A stretch of 64,000 nucleotides of DNA from Octopus vulgaris (Eukaryota): NCBI GenBank assembly GCA_951406725.2, contig OX597814.1:15066001-15130000 (forward strand), read 5' to 3'. Shown here piece by piece: positions 40,260 through 52,763 of this stretch. The position numbers and the translations under genes are program-made. The number at the start of each line of letters is the position of its first letter. Within the stretch, counting starts at the first letter, position 1. Under the pieces are notes generated by a model. It did not search any database, had not been told where the DNA came from, and saw nothing but the letters and a program-made list of their open reading frames with translations.

Positions 40260-40390
40260 GACGAAGACGGGTGTGTAAACAACATACAGATGTATTAGCT
40301 TAACGCTCTGGAAGTGAAAAAAGTATTTTACGTTTCGAGCCTACGCTCTTCAACAGAAAGGAACACAGAAATAAACAGGGAGAGAAAATA
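40260..40390 (-). mobile_element. Short interspersed repeat with a minimal hammerhead-like motif (family H), possibly Penelope-derived
   Basis: Minus strand 40360-40326 reads CTTT-CTGTTGA-A-GAGC-gtag-GCTC-GAAA-CG-TA-AAA. Confidence 0.6.
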
Positions 40391-40654
40391 AATAAAAAAA
40401 ATGTTTAGTGGCTAGCAATCAAACATACACATACATATACATATACATATACAGAGATGCACATATTCACAAACTCAAATTTACATTCATATTTTCAAGT
40501 ACGCAAATCCACATGAATAACCTACAAGACTGATCAATGGACATATACAATGGAAATCAATAACAGTTCGATTCATAAAAGTCATGCATATTTGAATCAT
40601 TGCATTTTATTTTTACTGACAATGGATATGATATCGATGTTAAGTTGATGACGT

Positions 40655-40656
40655 TT

Positions 40657-40695
<39 letters not shown>

Positions 40696-40833
40696 CTGAT
40701 GGTGGTGGTTGTGGTGGTTGTGGTGGTGATGGTGGCTTTTGTGGTCGTGGTGGTGATGGAGGTGTTGGGAATAGCTACAATTATGAAAATAATGATGATG
40801 CCGAGGATGATGTTGGTGGTGGTGGTAGTCATA

Positions 40834-40868
<35 letters not shown>

Positions 40869-40910
40869 GATAATATTGATGCGTTTCATGGTGAGTACGA
40901 TGATGACAAC
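40655..40910. repeat. (ATG)n/(GTG)n trinucleotide tract
   Basis: Read directly; produces the poly-M/V and poly-I/T pseudo-ORFs. Confidence 0.9.
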
Positions 40911-41189
40911 ATCTCTCTTTTGATTGGTGCTGTTTGTGTTTCGTTCATATTGTACGCTACGCACAAATATACACATTTACAGAGACAAGTATCTCCATAT
41001 CCATATCTATATCTCTCGCTCGCTCTCTCAGGCTCACATCACCCTCTCTCTCTATCGATCTATCTATCTACCTATCTATTTATCTATCGATTAATCTATC
41101 TATCTATTTAGCTTTCAGTTTGACTATCTGTCTCATATCTGCCTCTGTGTCTGTCTGCTTACATGTCTGTCTCCCTATGTGTCTGCCAG

Positions 41190-42008
<819 letters not shown>

Positions 42009-42274
42009 ACAAAGTAAAGTTGTAAGTTAGCGTACGAGTGGAACTATATATGAAAGAAAGTTTGAAAAAGCAATTTTAAAGATGTTTATTGACTTGACCG
42101 GTTTCACTTTTTTCGAAAAAGATTGTCAAAAGTTAAATATAAAGGTGTGTATAAGCTTTGATGTGTCAATTACTGGTTATCGCAAAAGCATTAAAATACA
42201 GCTACAAGTATTAAAATACAGTTTACAAGAAAGTATTTAAGAGAGTACTTAAGAAATTGAATTTCCAAACCTAC

Positions 42275-42331
<57 letters not shown>

Positions 42332-42421
42332 TAGATAGATATAATAGTAGTAACTCCGAAACTTACAGGGAAACATTCAATTTAACAATTTTAAATCAAA
42401 TTTTACAATACATAATATATG

Positions 42422-42580
42422 TATATAATTTAGAGAAAAACCTCTATTAAACAATTCAATAGAAAAAAGATGTTATTGATTTTTAGAATAAGGTTTTTAT
42501 ATTATTAGTTTTTCTATATGGTGTGAATAACATCTTTTATTATTGAATTGTGTAATAGAGGGTTTTCTCTAAATTATATA
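42422..42580. repeat. Inverted repeat (~55-bp arms)
   Basis: TATATAATTTAGAGAAAAACCTCTATTAAACAATTCAATA… pairs with …TATTGAATTGTGTAATAGAGGGTTTTCTCTAAATTATATA. Confidence 0.8.
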
Positions 42581-42644
42581 TGTGTGTGTGTGTGTGTACG
42601 CAGATACACTACACGCAGATAACTAAATAGATAAATAAATATAG

Positions 42645-42709
<65 letters not shown>

Positions 42710-42825
42710 TATACGCATATAATATATATATATATACATATGCATATATATGTATGTATATATGCATGTACGTATGTAGGTATGTCTGTATGTGTGTGTT
42801 TAAAAATACATACATACATACATTC

Positions 42826-43000
42826 TTTTACTCTTTTACTTGTTTCAGTCATGTGACTGTGGCCATGCTGGAGCACCGCTTTTAGTCGAGCAAATGGACC
42901 CCAGGACTTATTCATTCTTTGCAAGCCTAGTACTTATTCTATCTCTTTTGCCGAACCGGTTGTCAAGCGATGTTGGTTGGGGGGGGGGAACACAGACATA
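42826..43000 (-). mobile_element. SINE family A 3' fragment
   Basis: TTTTACTCTTTTACTTGTTTCAGTCATGTGACTGTGGCCATGCTGGAGCACC matches the family tail. Confidence 0.8.
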
Positions 43001-43049
43001 CAAATATATACACACACATACATACATACATACATATATACATACATAT

Positions 43050-43131
<82 letters not shown>

Positions 43132-43134
<3 letters not shown>

Positions 43135-43541
43135 CGCAGGAGTGGCTATGTGGTAAGTAGCTTGCTTACCAGCCACATGGTTCCGGGTTCAGTCCCACTG
43201 CGTGGCACCTTGGACAAGTGTCTTCTACTATAGCCTCGGGCCGACCAAAGCCTTGTAAGTGTATTTGGTAGACGGAAACTGAAAGAAGCCCGTCGTATAT
43301 ATGTATATATATATATATGCGTGTGTGTGTTTGTGTGTCTGTATTTGTCCCCCTAGCATTGCTTGACAACCGATGCTGGTGTGTTTATGTCCCCGTTACT
43401 TATCGGTTCGGCAAAAGAAACTGATAAAATAAGTACTGGGCTTACAAAAGAATAAGTCCCGGGGTCGAGTTGCTCGATTAAAGTCGGTGCTCCAGCATGG
43501 CCGCAGTCAAATGACTGAAACAAGTAAAATAGTAAAAGAGT
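43132..43541 (+). mobile_element. Full-length SINE family A
   Basis: Head with A/B-box-like motifs (TGGCTATGTGG; GGTTCAGTCCC) through to the AAAGAGT tail. Confidence 0.92.
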
Positions 43542-43849
43542 AAATATATGTAAGTAATTCTTTTGTTAAAGGCCGAAACCGAGGTATGTATTTAATTCTG
43601 TTTTTTATATAAATTTTCATCTGTCCTGCCCGCCAAATTTGGTTCTGGTGTTCGCTGAATTTTTCCTCTAGAGAATTTTCTTTGTAGTTTGATCGTTGAT
43701 GATCTATTTCTAGCATACGGCCGACTACCTAGCAGTCTTGCCCTGCCAATATACACACATATATTAGAATTTTCTCTGACTTCTCAGATTTTTTGTATGC
43801 TAGACTACTGGTTTTAAATTGATATTAAAATTAATATTAATTTATCTCC

Positions 43850-43913
<64 letters not shown>

Positions 43914-43916
<3 letters not shown>

Positions 43917-44101
43917 TTTTTTCTAGTTTCAGCTCAGAGCTGCGGCCATGTTTCTTTCAGTTTCCGTCTACCAAATCCACTCACAAGACTTTGGACGGCC
44001 CGAGGCTATAGTAGCAGACACTTGCCCAGGATGGCATGCAGTGGAACTGAACCCGGAACCATGTGGCTGGTAAGCAAGCTACTTACCACACAGCCATTCC
44101 T
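43914..44101 (-). mobile_element. SINE family A, internally deleted
   Basis: Head ends at ~44101. The body joins directly to a CATGGCCGCAGCTCTGAGCTGAAAC tail. Confidence 0.8.
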
Positions 44102-44699
44102 ACACAACATTTATTTCAAATTTTGGGACAAGACCAGAAATTTTGGGTGATGGTGTAAGTAAATTAATTAAAACATCCCAATTGCTCAATTAGTTTTTAC
44201 AATTATCGAACGCAATATGTTGTAAACCAATGGGGACCTCTGCGAAATTTGATCTCCCAACGCAAAAGACAGTATGCTTGTAAGCATTTCGCCCGGTGTA
44301 ATAATTATGTTTCCATCTGGCCGCTTCATACACACACATAATATTGGAATATTTATTGATGCATATATGGAAATTGGATGTGAATATTGTGAGAAATGAA
44401 ATGATAAAGCAAAGTTGAAATCAATATATAATACATGAAAAGGAGTTATTTAAACACGTAAAATGTTTTCAGTTTATTGTCAGTGATGTTGCTGTATAGT
44501 CATTTATATTAGAAGGTTATTCATTATCTTGTTTCCTTGTGCGATACTGAATTTAAATTGATTGTATGATCAATGAAAATAATGACAAAAAAGGTTGATT
44601 TTTCTCGAACTAACTTGATATCGACTTTAATTGCAAAATTAAAATTAAAGTGAAAGACGTTTATTTTTGTCAAACATATATTCAAATATGTTACAGGGT

Positions 44700-47600
44700 A
44701 GAAAGTACAAAGCAAATAATATAAGAATATTCTCTTGAATAACCCAAGAGAAAATTAATAATACGAAACTGATACAAATATATAGACTAACAACATCGAC
44801 CACTGAAAATAAAATGAATTGACTGGACGAAAATTTCCAAAGATCATTGATGCAATTCCAAAGACAGACATCAAATGGATAGTAGGCGATTTAGACTCAA
44901 AAGATAAAGCAACGCATCCTATAACTGGAAAATCCGTCTGTCTTAGATACAGAAATGAAATTGGCTAGAGATTTCTCGATTCGGGTTCAGCCAATGATCC
45001 GGGAATAATGAATATATTCCTACAATTTCATGAAATGAGATTACACGAAAATCACTTTGATCATACGATTATTCAAATAAAGGCAGAAAAAGATTGGTTT
45101 ATTCAATAAACATCTTACCAGATACGACTGTTAATAAGTGGATCTTGATATCTTCTTGGAAAATAAAAATTAAAGAAGCACAAAAGATACCGATGATTTT
45201 ATACTTTTATATAAATTCTACAAATTATTTTTTTGTTAAGGCTATGTCACCTTTATATCAAGTTAACTTTCACCGATGAATCTAAAATATTTGGAACGAA
45301 GTATAGTACATTATAAATGCAAAGGGGAAAAATATTACAAGATTTCATATGGCAAAAACCTGTTGTTGGTTTTCAAAAACAAAAGGCAATTAACTATTGC
45401 AAAGCTAGGGAAGGAATTTAAATGAAGAATCCAAAATAAAATGGACAGAGATTAAGGCAAATAAACTTTGATTCTGAATGATAGTGAAGAAAAGAAAAAA
45501 AAAATGAATACATTAATACATATCCGAAATCTGGAATGAATTTGAATTAGATTTTAATAAACACAAAGCTTAAGATCTATATCACAGTATTTAGTTGTTC
45601 ATCAAAGGATTCAATCCTGAATTTCAACCGTAAGGAAATAAATTAATAATATTCAAATATAGAAAATGAAATAAAATCACAATGGAAAGAGTATATTATA
45701 CAGTCATGCAAAAATTATAATCAAATCAAGAAAACATAATATAACTAAATATGCAAATGAACCTCAAATAATGGAATCAGAATATGAAAGAGCACTAAAT
45801 GCTATGAAATTTGAAAAGCCTACGGAGTAGATGAAATTCAAATTGAAATGTTCAATACATGCAATCAATGCGTAGAAATATGAATAAAGCTACTCCAAAT
45901 GCACTGGACATAGAACCAATAGCCAGCTGACTGGAAAAATCCATTTATATTCTAATCTTCAGGAAATGAGACAGAAAATATTGAACTATAACATTTATTT
46001 CTTGGACAAGAAAATTTATGCTTTAAATCAAGAAAACCGATTAGAAAATTTTCTCAGGTGTTGACAAAAATTTCTTCAAGAAAACAATAGATTCTATAAT
46101 GGCAGAGACACAAGATATGGTATCATTCAACTACGGTTGTAGTCGAATAATATTCTTAAGGCCGCGATTTACTCACACGCAGCATCTTTCAGAGCTTGTT
46201 GCTAATTCAGCTCATAGCCAAATTAAAACCTGTTAAATTTTTTGAAGAGGACTGGTCCCTAGCAATAATTTGATCCGGTAGAAAAAAGGTTACATCAAAT
46301 TTTGTAGCAACGTTATAGGTAGTCAAGTTTAAATCTAGATAACTTTTTTTATTTTAAAAGGAAAATATACTTATCTTACCTTCAATGATAGAAGAAAACA
46401 CGACCAATTTCATAGCTTTGTTCCTATGCAACAAAAAAAGTTTGTTTAAAAAAGTTGTGAGGTAAAATATATAATGAAAATATAATGAAAAATATAAAGG
46501 CAAAAAATTGGGTTTAAGTACAATTAACTTTTTTATTTTAAAAGTAAACTATATTTTAATCTTAAATGATAGAGCTCAATTCGAAAACTTTCATGGTATC
46601 AATTTCATACACTGAAGTTTTAAAAGAAAAAGGTTATGAGTGTTTGTTTCTCAAAAACTTGAGAGTGATAATATAGTTCTATACTTTTTTATGAATATAG
46701 TTCTATAAGGTGACTTTTAATATATGTTACGGCATCATTGAGGTAAGGAAAAATGATCAATGCCACCGCTAATTAACATATTTGACACGTTATTAATTAG
46801 CATAATAGCATAGCCTGGAAAAAATATGGGTTACATGAAAAAATACGAGCAAGAGAAATAATATTCTTAAGATTATAAACCAGGAAAATTACAGGACAAG
46901 TTATTACACTTGGAAAAGTCCAGGACATCTTATTACATCTGGTAATGTACAGTACAAGAAAATTGTGACTTAAAATATTTCAGCTAAGAATAAAATTTGA
47001 ATATTAAAGACTATTTGATTTTAATTTACAAAGCAACATTATAATTTTAAAAAATGTATCATCCTTTTGTTAAAATATTGACACGCTAGAATACTTAAAA
47101 CGTGAGGGTTAGAAGTACCAATATAGCTTAAGTATTATGCAAAGTAGAATAGTATATATGGTAGGAAGATTCATTATGTAAAAAATAGGCATTGGGTCAA
47201 AACTAAAAATCTGAAGACTTTACAATAACGTAGGCAGTAACTCAAGCAAATGTTACTGTGAATTTGTTATAGGTAGATTTTACTGTAATATATAACTAAT
47301 ATTTGTATTATTCTATTTATTCTACTAATTATGTACTACATTTATTTTTTATAACCTATTTTGAATTTCCAAATTATTAATTGATAATTTAAAAAGGTAT
47401 TTTTTAAAATGTACAAAATATTTTGAGCTATTCTTTATTTTTAATATAAGTAGCAAGTAATAACAAATAGAGGTAATAACTATAAAATTTATAGTTTTAA
47501 TGAAAGCTAATATTTTCTAAATCTAAATATTTTATTTGAAATTTTGTCCTTAGCTGTAATATTTTTAAGTAAACATTTTCTCGTTCTGAACTTTACCAGA

Positions 47601-48230
47601 TGTAATAAGTTGTCTTGAACTTTTCCAAGTGTAAAAACTTGTCCTGTAATTTTCCAGGTTCATAATCATAAGAATATCATTTCTCTTGCTCGCATGTTTT
47701 TAATATGATTATAATTTTGATGGAATCACACGAGTTTCAGATAGATGTAGCTATCACTTTTGTTGATTAAGTTAAAACGTTTGACTGTATTGCTTGCTAC
47801 AAGGGATATTTTGAAAGACATAGACATATCCCGAGATACTCTTCTAGCTGTGGTTTTATGGTGATCATAAAGTTGATTTAAGAGATGTAGCAAAAGGGTT
47901 GATTTCCAAAGAAATAAAGACATCAACCCTTTCGCCACATCTCTTAAATCAACTTTAAGATCACCATAAACCTAGTTAGAACACTATCTCGAAAGAGAGT
48001 CCTTTGAAACTGGTAAAGGTGTCAGGCCGAAGTACGTTTTATCGCCACATTTATTAATTTTCAATGGAGAGCCTCACAAAGTCAAAATCTAATGAAATGA
48101 TATTGAAATAAATACTGATGCACTAAATATTAATATTCTCCTATATTCAGATGACACAGCACAAATAGCTGAGATGAAGCCAAACTGGCAAGAATTATTC
48201 AATGCACTTGTTCAACGTAGTAAAAGCCAG
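44700..48230 (+). pseudogene. Heavily decayed RTE-clade LINE (APE endonuclease + RT), interrupted by an insertion at ~46140-47715
   Basis: Piecewise translation: DIKWIVGDLDSK (~44867; GDFNAK motif), RNEIG*RFLD, GVDEIQIEMF (~45824), PADWK…IYILIFRK, NGRDTRYGIIQLR; after the insertion, FVD*VKTFDCI, ETGKGVRPKYVLSPHL (GVRQGCxLSP), NINILLYSDDTAQIAE (YADD). Confidence 0.75.
46846..47692. mobile_element. Foldback/MITE-like DNA element with ~180-bp terminal inverted repeats
   Basis: CGAGCAAGAGAAATAATATTCTTAAGATTATAAACCAGGAAAATTACAGGACAAGTT… pairs with …AACTTGTCCTGTAATTTTCCAGGTTCATAATCATAAGAATATCATTTCTCTTGCTCG. Confidence 0.8.
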
Positions 48231-49087
48231 GCTTGATTTTTTTTTATCAAGGTTTAGAAAACGTATTTTTCCGCAGCCATACTATCATAATGTGCCTACG
48301 TTTGATTATGTATGACGGCATATTTCCTTATACATATTTTTGATCTTAACAAAGCTCATTTATATGAAGGCATCGATTGTCCTAACCATTCTTTCTACAC
48401 ATTTCTCTGTCTATTGCAATGACATCAATCTTTTAGAAAAAAGCCATGTCCCTTCACATCAGAATCGCTTCTGCACTATAAAAAAGTGAAAACCTCACTC
48501 ATCTCCTCTCCATTGTACTTCAACAAACGAGTCAAAAACCATCATGAATTTCCAGTAAAATATACCAGACATATACTGACTTTCACACAAAATATACTTT
48601 AAAAAAAAATTACTATTCCGTTAAAGGTTAAATTTCATCTACCCTCAAAGAGTCTCCTATTAATAACCAAATCATAATTGTTAATTTCCTCCTTAAGAAA
48701 TTGCGGCAAACAGAAATTCATCTAAATATGATTTCAACATACCAGTTTTATAAATTATATCTTGACACACCTATACAAACACACCATGCCTGAACAGAAA
48801 AAAAATGACAACAAATAAATAAAATAGAGATGCGTTACAAACACATCTGTACGACCTGAAACCAATGCCACTTCATGTAAGTACAACATCCACTTCCGAA
48901 TTTTCACTATTTTAAAGATTCTCAGCGCTGAATGTAGTTATTAGTGACTCGAAGCATTTAATGTTCAGATTCTTACAGTAAATTTTCTCTACGAATCTAC
49001 AAATATTGTATTCTGATTTTGTTAGAGGTAGTTTACATAAATACATAAAAGTACATAGTACAATTTAGTCTCTCTCATTCCTTTCCT

Positions 49088-49152
<65 letters not shown>

Positions 49153-49194
49153 TATATACATACATACATTCATGATGTTGAACCGTTATTCCCT

Positions 49195-49370
49195 ACACAT
49201 TTTGTTCTATCTCCTTTTTTTCCTCTCAACTCTTCCTGTCGAAGAACGTAGGCACGAAACGTCAACGATTTATCTATTTTCTCCAGCAATAAGCTAATAT
49301 ACCTGCTTGTTGTTCCCCTCACCTCTCTTCATCTTTTGTTTTCTATATCTTTTGCGTTTATCTTTTGTCG
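49195..49370 (+). mobile_element. Family H repeat with hammerhead-like motif
   Basis: 49236-49263 reads CTGTCGA-A-GAAC-gtag-GCAC-GAAA-CG-TC. Confidence 0.55.
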
Positions 49371-49374
49371 AATA

Positions 49375-49620
49375 ACCTGCACTAAATGATTTTTTTACAA
49401 TGACAAAATGTATAAGCCGTACATTAGCACACTCTCTCCAGCAAATCAACGTTGCATGTACAGTGCACAGTGTGCTACAAGTCAGGTGTAGAAATGATCG
49501 TAAACTAACGTGAGATGATGTGTTTTGCTCAAGAACACAACATACTACACAGTCTAATAACTGAAACAACGATCTTACGATCTTGAGTGCAATACGCTAA
49601 CCACTAGGCCACGCTTCCCC
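49375..49620 (-). mobile_element. Diverged tRNA-derived SINE
   Basis: Minus-strand head GCGTGGCCTAGTGGTTAGCG… followed by a GTGTTCTTGAGCAAAACAC box like family G. Confidence 0.6.
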
Positions 49621-49796
49621 CACACGTTTTAACACACACCTATGACTTATTCAATGCTATTTCTAACTTACTGCATCGACTAATTGTACCTTCTTGGGGA
49701 ACTGCTAAGTTCGGGGACATAAACAAACCTGCACTGGTTATCAATCGATGGCTGGAGGGAAACACAGATGCAAAGATACACAAGCTCACCTATCTG

Positions 49797-49897
<101 letters not shown>

Positions 49898-51202
49898 GTA
49901 ACTTTATTTTTATCTATCTATGAATAGATAGATAGATAGACAAATGGAGATTGATCGATATACACGTGTATAGTGAATTTAGGTGATAATATTTACTAGA
50001 AAATCTTAGGTACTCAAAAACTAGAGTTTGACCTCTCGGTCATTTTATATTATGTTATTAGAGATGCTTATTAACATCATAATCTCTCTAATTCTGTTTC
50101 CACTAAGTCTAGGATATTTTTATAATTACAAAATATTGATGAAATAAAGCTAATTTGCAATAAATCGTTGCATTAAATGTATTAAAATATTTCTTTCTTT
50201 CCCTTGCTGTTCTGTATTTTAAATATCAACATTAATTGCTTTTGACACCTAATTCAGTCAATTTAAGTACTGCTCCATTAAAACTGGTCTAAATATTCTA
50301 AAAGAAATTTACCGTTTTCATAAAGTATTATCTGATCAAAAGTTAATGTAATCACCAATCTTCGCCAATAGCCAGGAATCATCAACATAATATCTAACAG
50401 AATGACAATTTTTATAATATTAACACATTGTTTATTTATCTGATTAAGCATTTCTTACAGAGGCAGGTAAATCTATAACTAATAAAATACGTAATATATA
50501 ATGAACGCAACAGTATACAACTGCACACTGGCTCAAAAACCGATGTACCAAAATATTAGAAATGATACTGGTGGTTGTGGGATGATAAATGGTCTCCATA
50601 ACGCCAAATTTACTTAAATTATTCTAATATGAAAAGAAGTCTGCTGGTGCTGCCCTAGAGATTTAATTAATGTTTTGGGACTCGCATTTCATTTCTTTCA
50701 AGCAATTACAAATAAGCGAGGGCGCACTCGATGTTTTTCCATTTATGTCACGTCATCAGTCTCCGGTGTAATAAAGCAATTATAATATTAAATATGTTCA
50801 AATAGACTTCATGATAATCAAAAATATTTCATTAAATGCAACAATATCTAATATAAAAGGATAGTGAGTGTGTGCCTACGTATGGATGCATATATATATG
50901 TGTGTGTATGCGCGTACGTATATATAAATTTGTGTTTCGTGTGGTTTTTTCGTAAGAACAAGATTTGACGAAAAAATATAAAATATTTAATACAATACTT
51001 CAGAAAGTATCAAATATTTTCCAAAGTTAAATTCATCTATTGATGATATCGGTGATAATAGCGATAATTGTTATAGTATAATTAATACACAATAATACAA
51101 AGACATGCAGACACATAAATATATACACATGCATAAATTATACACACATATTCGCACACACACGCACACATACACACACACACATATTTATATATGAAAT
51201 TG

Positions 51203-51664
51203 AGATGGCAAAGGAATAAACTATTATGAAGTTATGAACTTCAATAGCTTACACCTGCTTCTGCTGTAAGACGTAATGTCTCCTAGTTGGGTGGTTGAGT
51301 GATACCTTACAGCTTCATCAGAACCTCGAATATGAAATGCATTTTATTTGGGAAAAGATCTGCATTTATGCATCCTATATATATATATATAGGAAAATGC
51401 ATTACCAATGTGAAAGACAACACATACGTGGGGAAGAAAGTCAAAGGTTTCTCCAACGTACGTATTGGCTTTCACATTGGTAATGTTTTTCCTATTCTTA
51501 TAGGATACTTAGTTATAATTCTTTTCCCAATATACTGCACTTCATATTCGAGGCTCTGATGAAGCTACACTCAACAACTTAACTATGAGTACACTACGTC
51601 TTATAGCAGTAACAGCTGTAACCTAATGTCGTTCATATGATAATCACTTATTCCTTTGTCATCT
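51203..51664. mobile_element. Inverted repeat (~150-bp arms), each arm carrying a degenerate type I hammerhead motif; Penelope-like terminal structure
   Basis: 51203-51359 is the reverse complement of 51520-51664. CTGATGA cores at 51321-51315 (-) and 51556-51562 (+). Confidence 0.65.
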
Positions 51665-51769
51665 TATTTTATTATTACCGCTCTGTACTCGATTAAGTCT
51701 TCGTTCCAAAGCATAAGTATATTGGGGTCTCGTATTAACTAAGTATATATATATATATATATATATATG

Positions 51770-51812
51770 CAGTAATCCCTTGACTATCGCGGGTATTACG
51801 TTCCAAAATCCT
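51770..51812 (+). mobile_element. pogo/Tigger-like terminal inverted repeat fragment
   Basis: CAGTAATCCCTTGACTATCGCGGGTATTACGTTCCAAAA after a (TA)n tract resembles Tigger/MER2-group termini (CAGT…CCCT…TATC.CGGG…GTTCCA). Confidence 0.55.
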
Positions 51813-51819
51813 TCAGCAT

Positions 51820-52763
51820 TTGTCATCCTCGCTGTATGTGGCCGAGTATTATCCTGATGGAAGAGCACTTTTCGCCTTGAAAGCAAAGATGGTCGTTTTT
51901 TCTTCTAGTGCTGACGTAAGCCGCTCAAGCTGCTCACAGTAGATCTCGTTTGTTATCGTTTCGTTTGGATTTAAAATTTCAAAGTGGATTAAACCTTTCA
52001 TATCCCATCAAAGGATAACAACACTTTACGTGGGTAAAAACCTTCTTTAGCCTGGGGTGCCGGTGTTTCTCCTTTCCCTAACCACTGTCTTCAGTGTTTG
52101 GTATTATTATCGAGAGCACATTTGTCGTCACCAGTCACTATTCGGTCCAAAAAGGGTTCATTCGGGAAACGCAACAGCGAAGGGAAGTACACATTCACTC
52201 TCTGCGCGCAATTAGACTCGGAATGTTTGTGAGGAACCCATTGGACTAATTTGCCGACTTTTCCGATGGCATGCAGGTATCGATGAATGATCAAATTCAA
52301 GCTTCTCTGCTAGTCCCTCAACAGTTATGATGGGATTTCGTTCCACCGGGGTTTGCAGAACGTCTTCGTCGAGCTCTACAAATCTTCCAGGAGGAGACTC
52401 GTCTTCTATGCTGTAGTTTCTGGCTCGGAATTTCTGAAACTACCGTTAACACTGGCTTACACTTATTGTCCGATCCCCATATAATACATTAATATTCCTC
52501 GCACTTTCTGTTTCGTTGTTGCCTTTATTGAACTCATGAAGCAAAATATGCCGAATATGCTTTTTGTCACTTCCATTATAGTTTTGAAAAAATAACTGTT
52601 AAAATCGAATTATAATCTTCAAACTTTGCACTGAGAATAAGTACATGGTAAAATGACTATCCGCTTTTATAGTAAATTGATGCTGATAGTTTATCCAGTC
52701 CCCCTCCGAATTCTAGTTTATGTAATTGAAAAAAAAAAACGCATTATATATGGGATGACCCAA
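51820..52763 (-). mobile_element. Mariner transposon remnant: left TIR plus transposase pseudogene truncated after the second catalytic Asp
   Basis: TA followed by TIR-like TTGGGTCATCCCATATATAATGCG at 52763. ATG at 52576 gives MEVTKKHIRHILLHEFNKGNN…; then WVPHK (WVPHEL), FLDRIVTGDDK (TGDEKW) and LFHQDNTRPHTA (HDNARPH). Contains stops and frameshifts. Confidence 0.92.

Noticed and set aside
40557-40976. Poly-Ile/Thr and poly-Met/Val ORFs
   Set aside because: Translations of (ATG)n/(GTG)n microsatellite.
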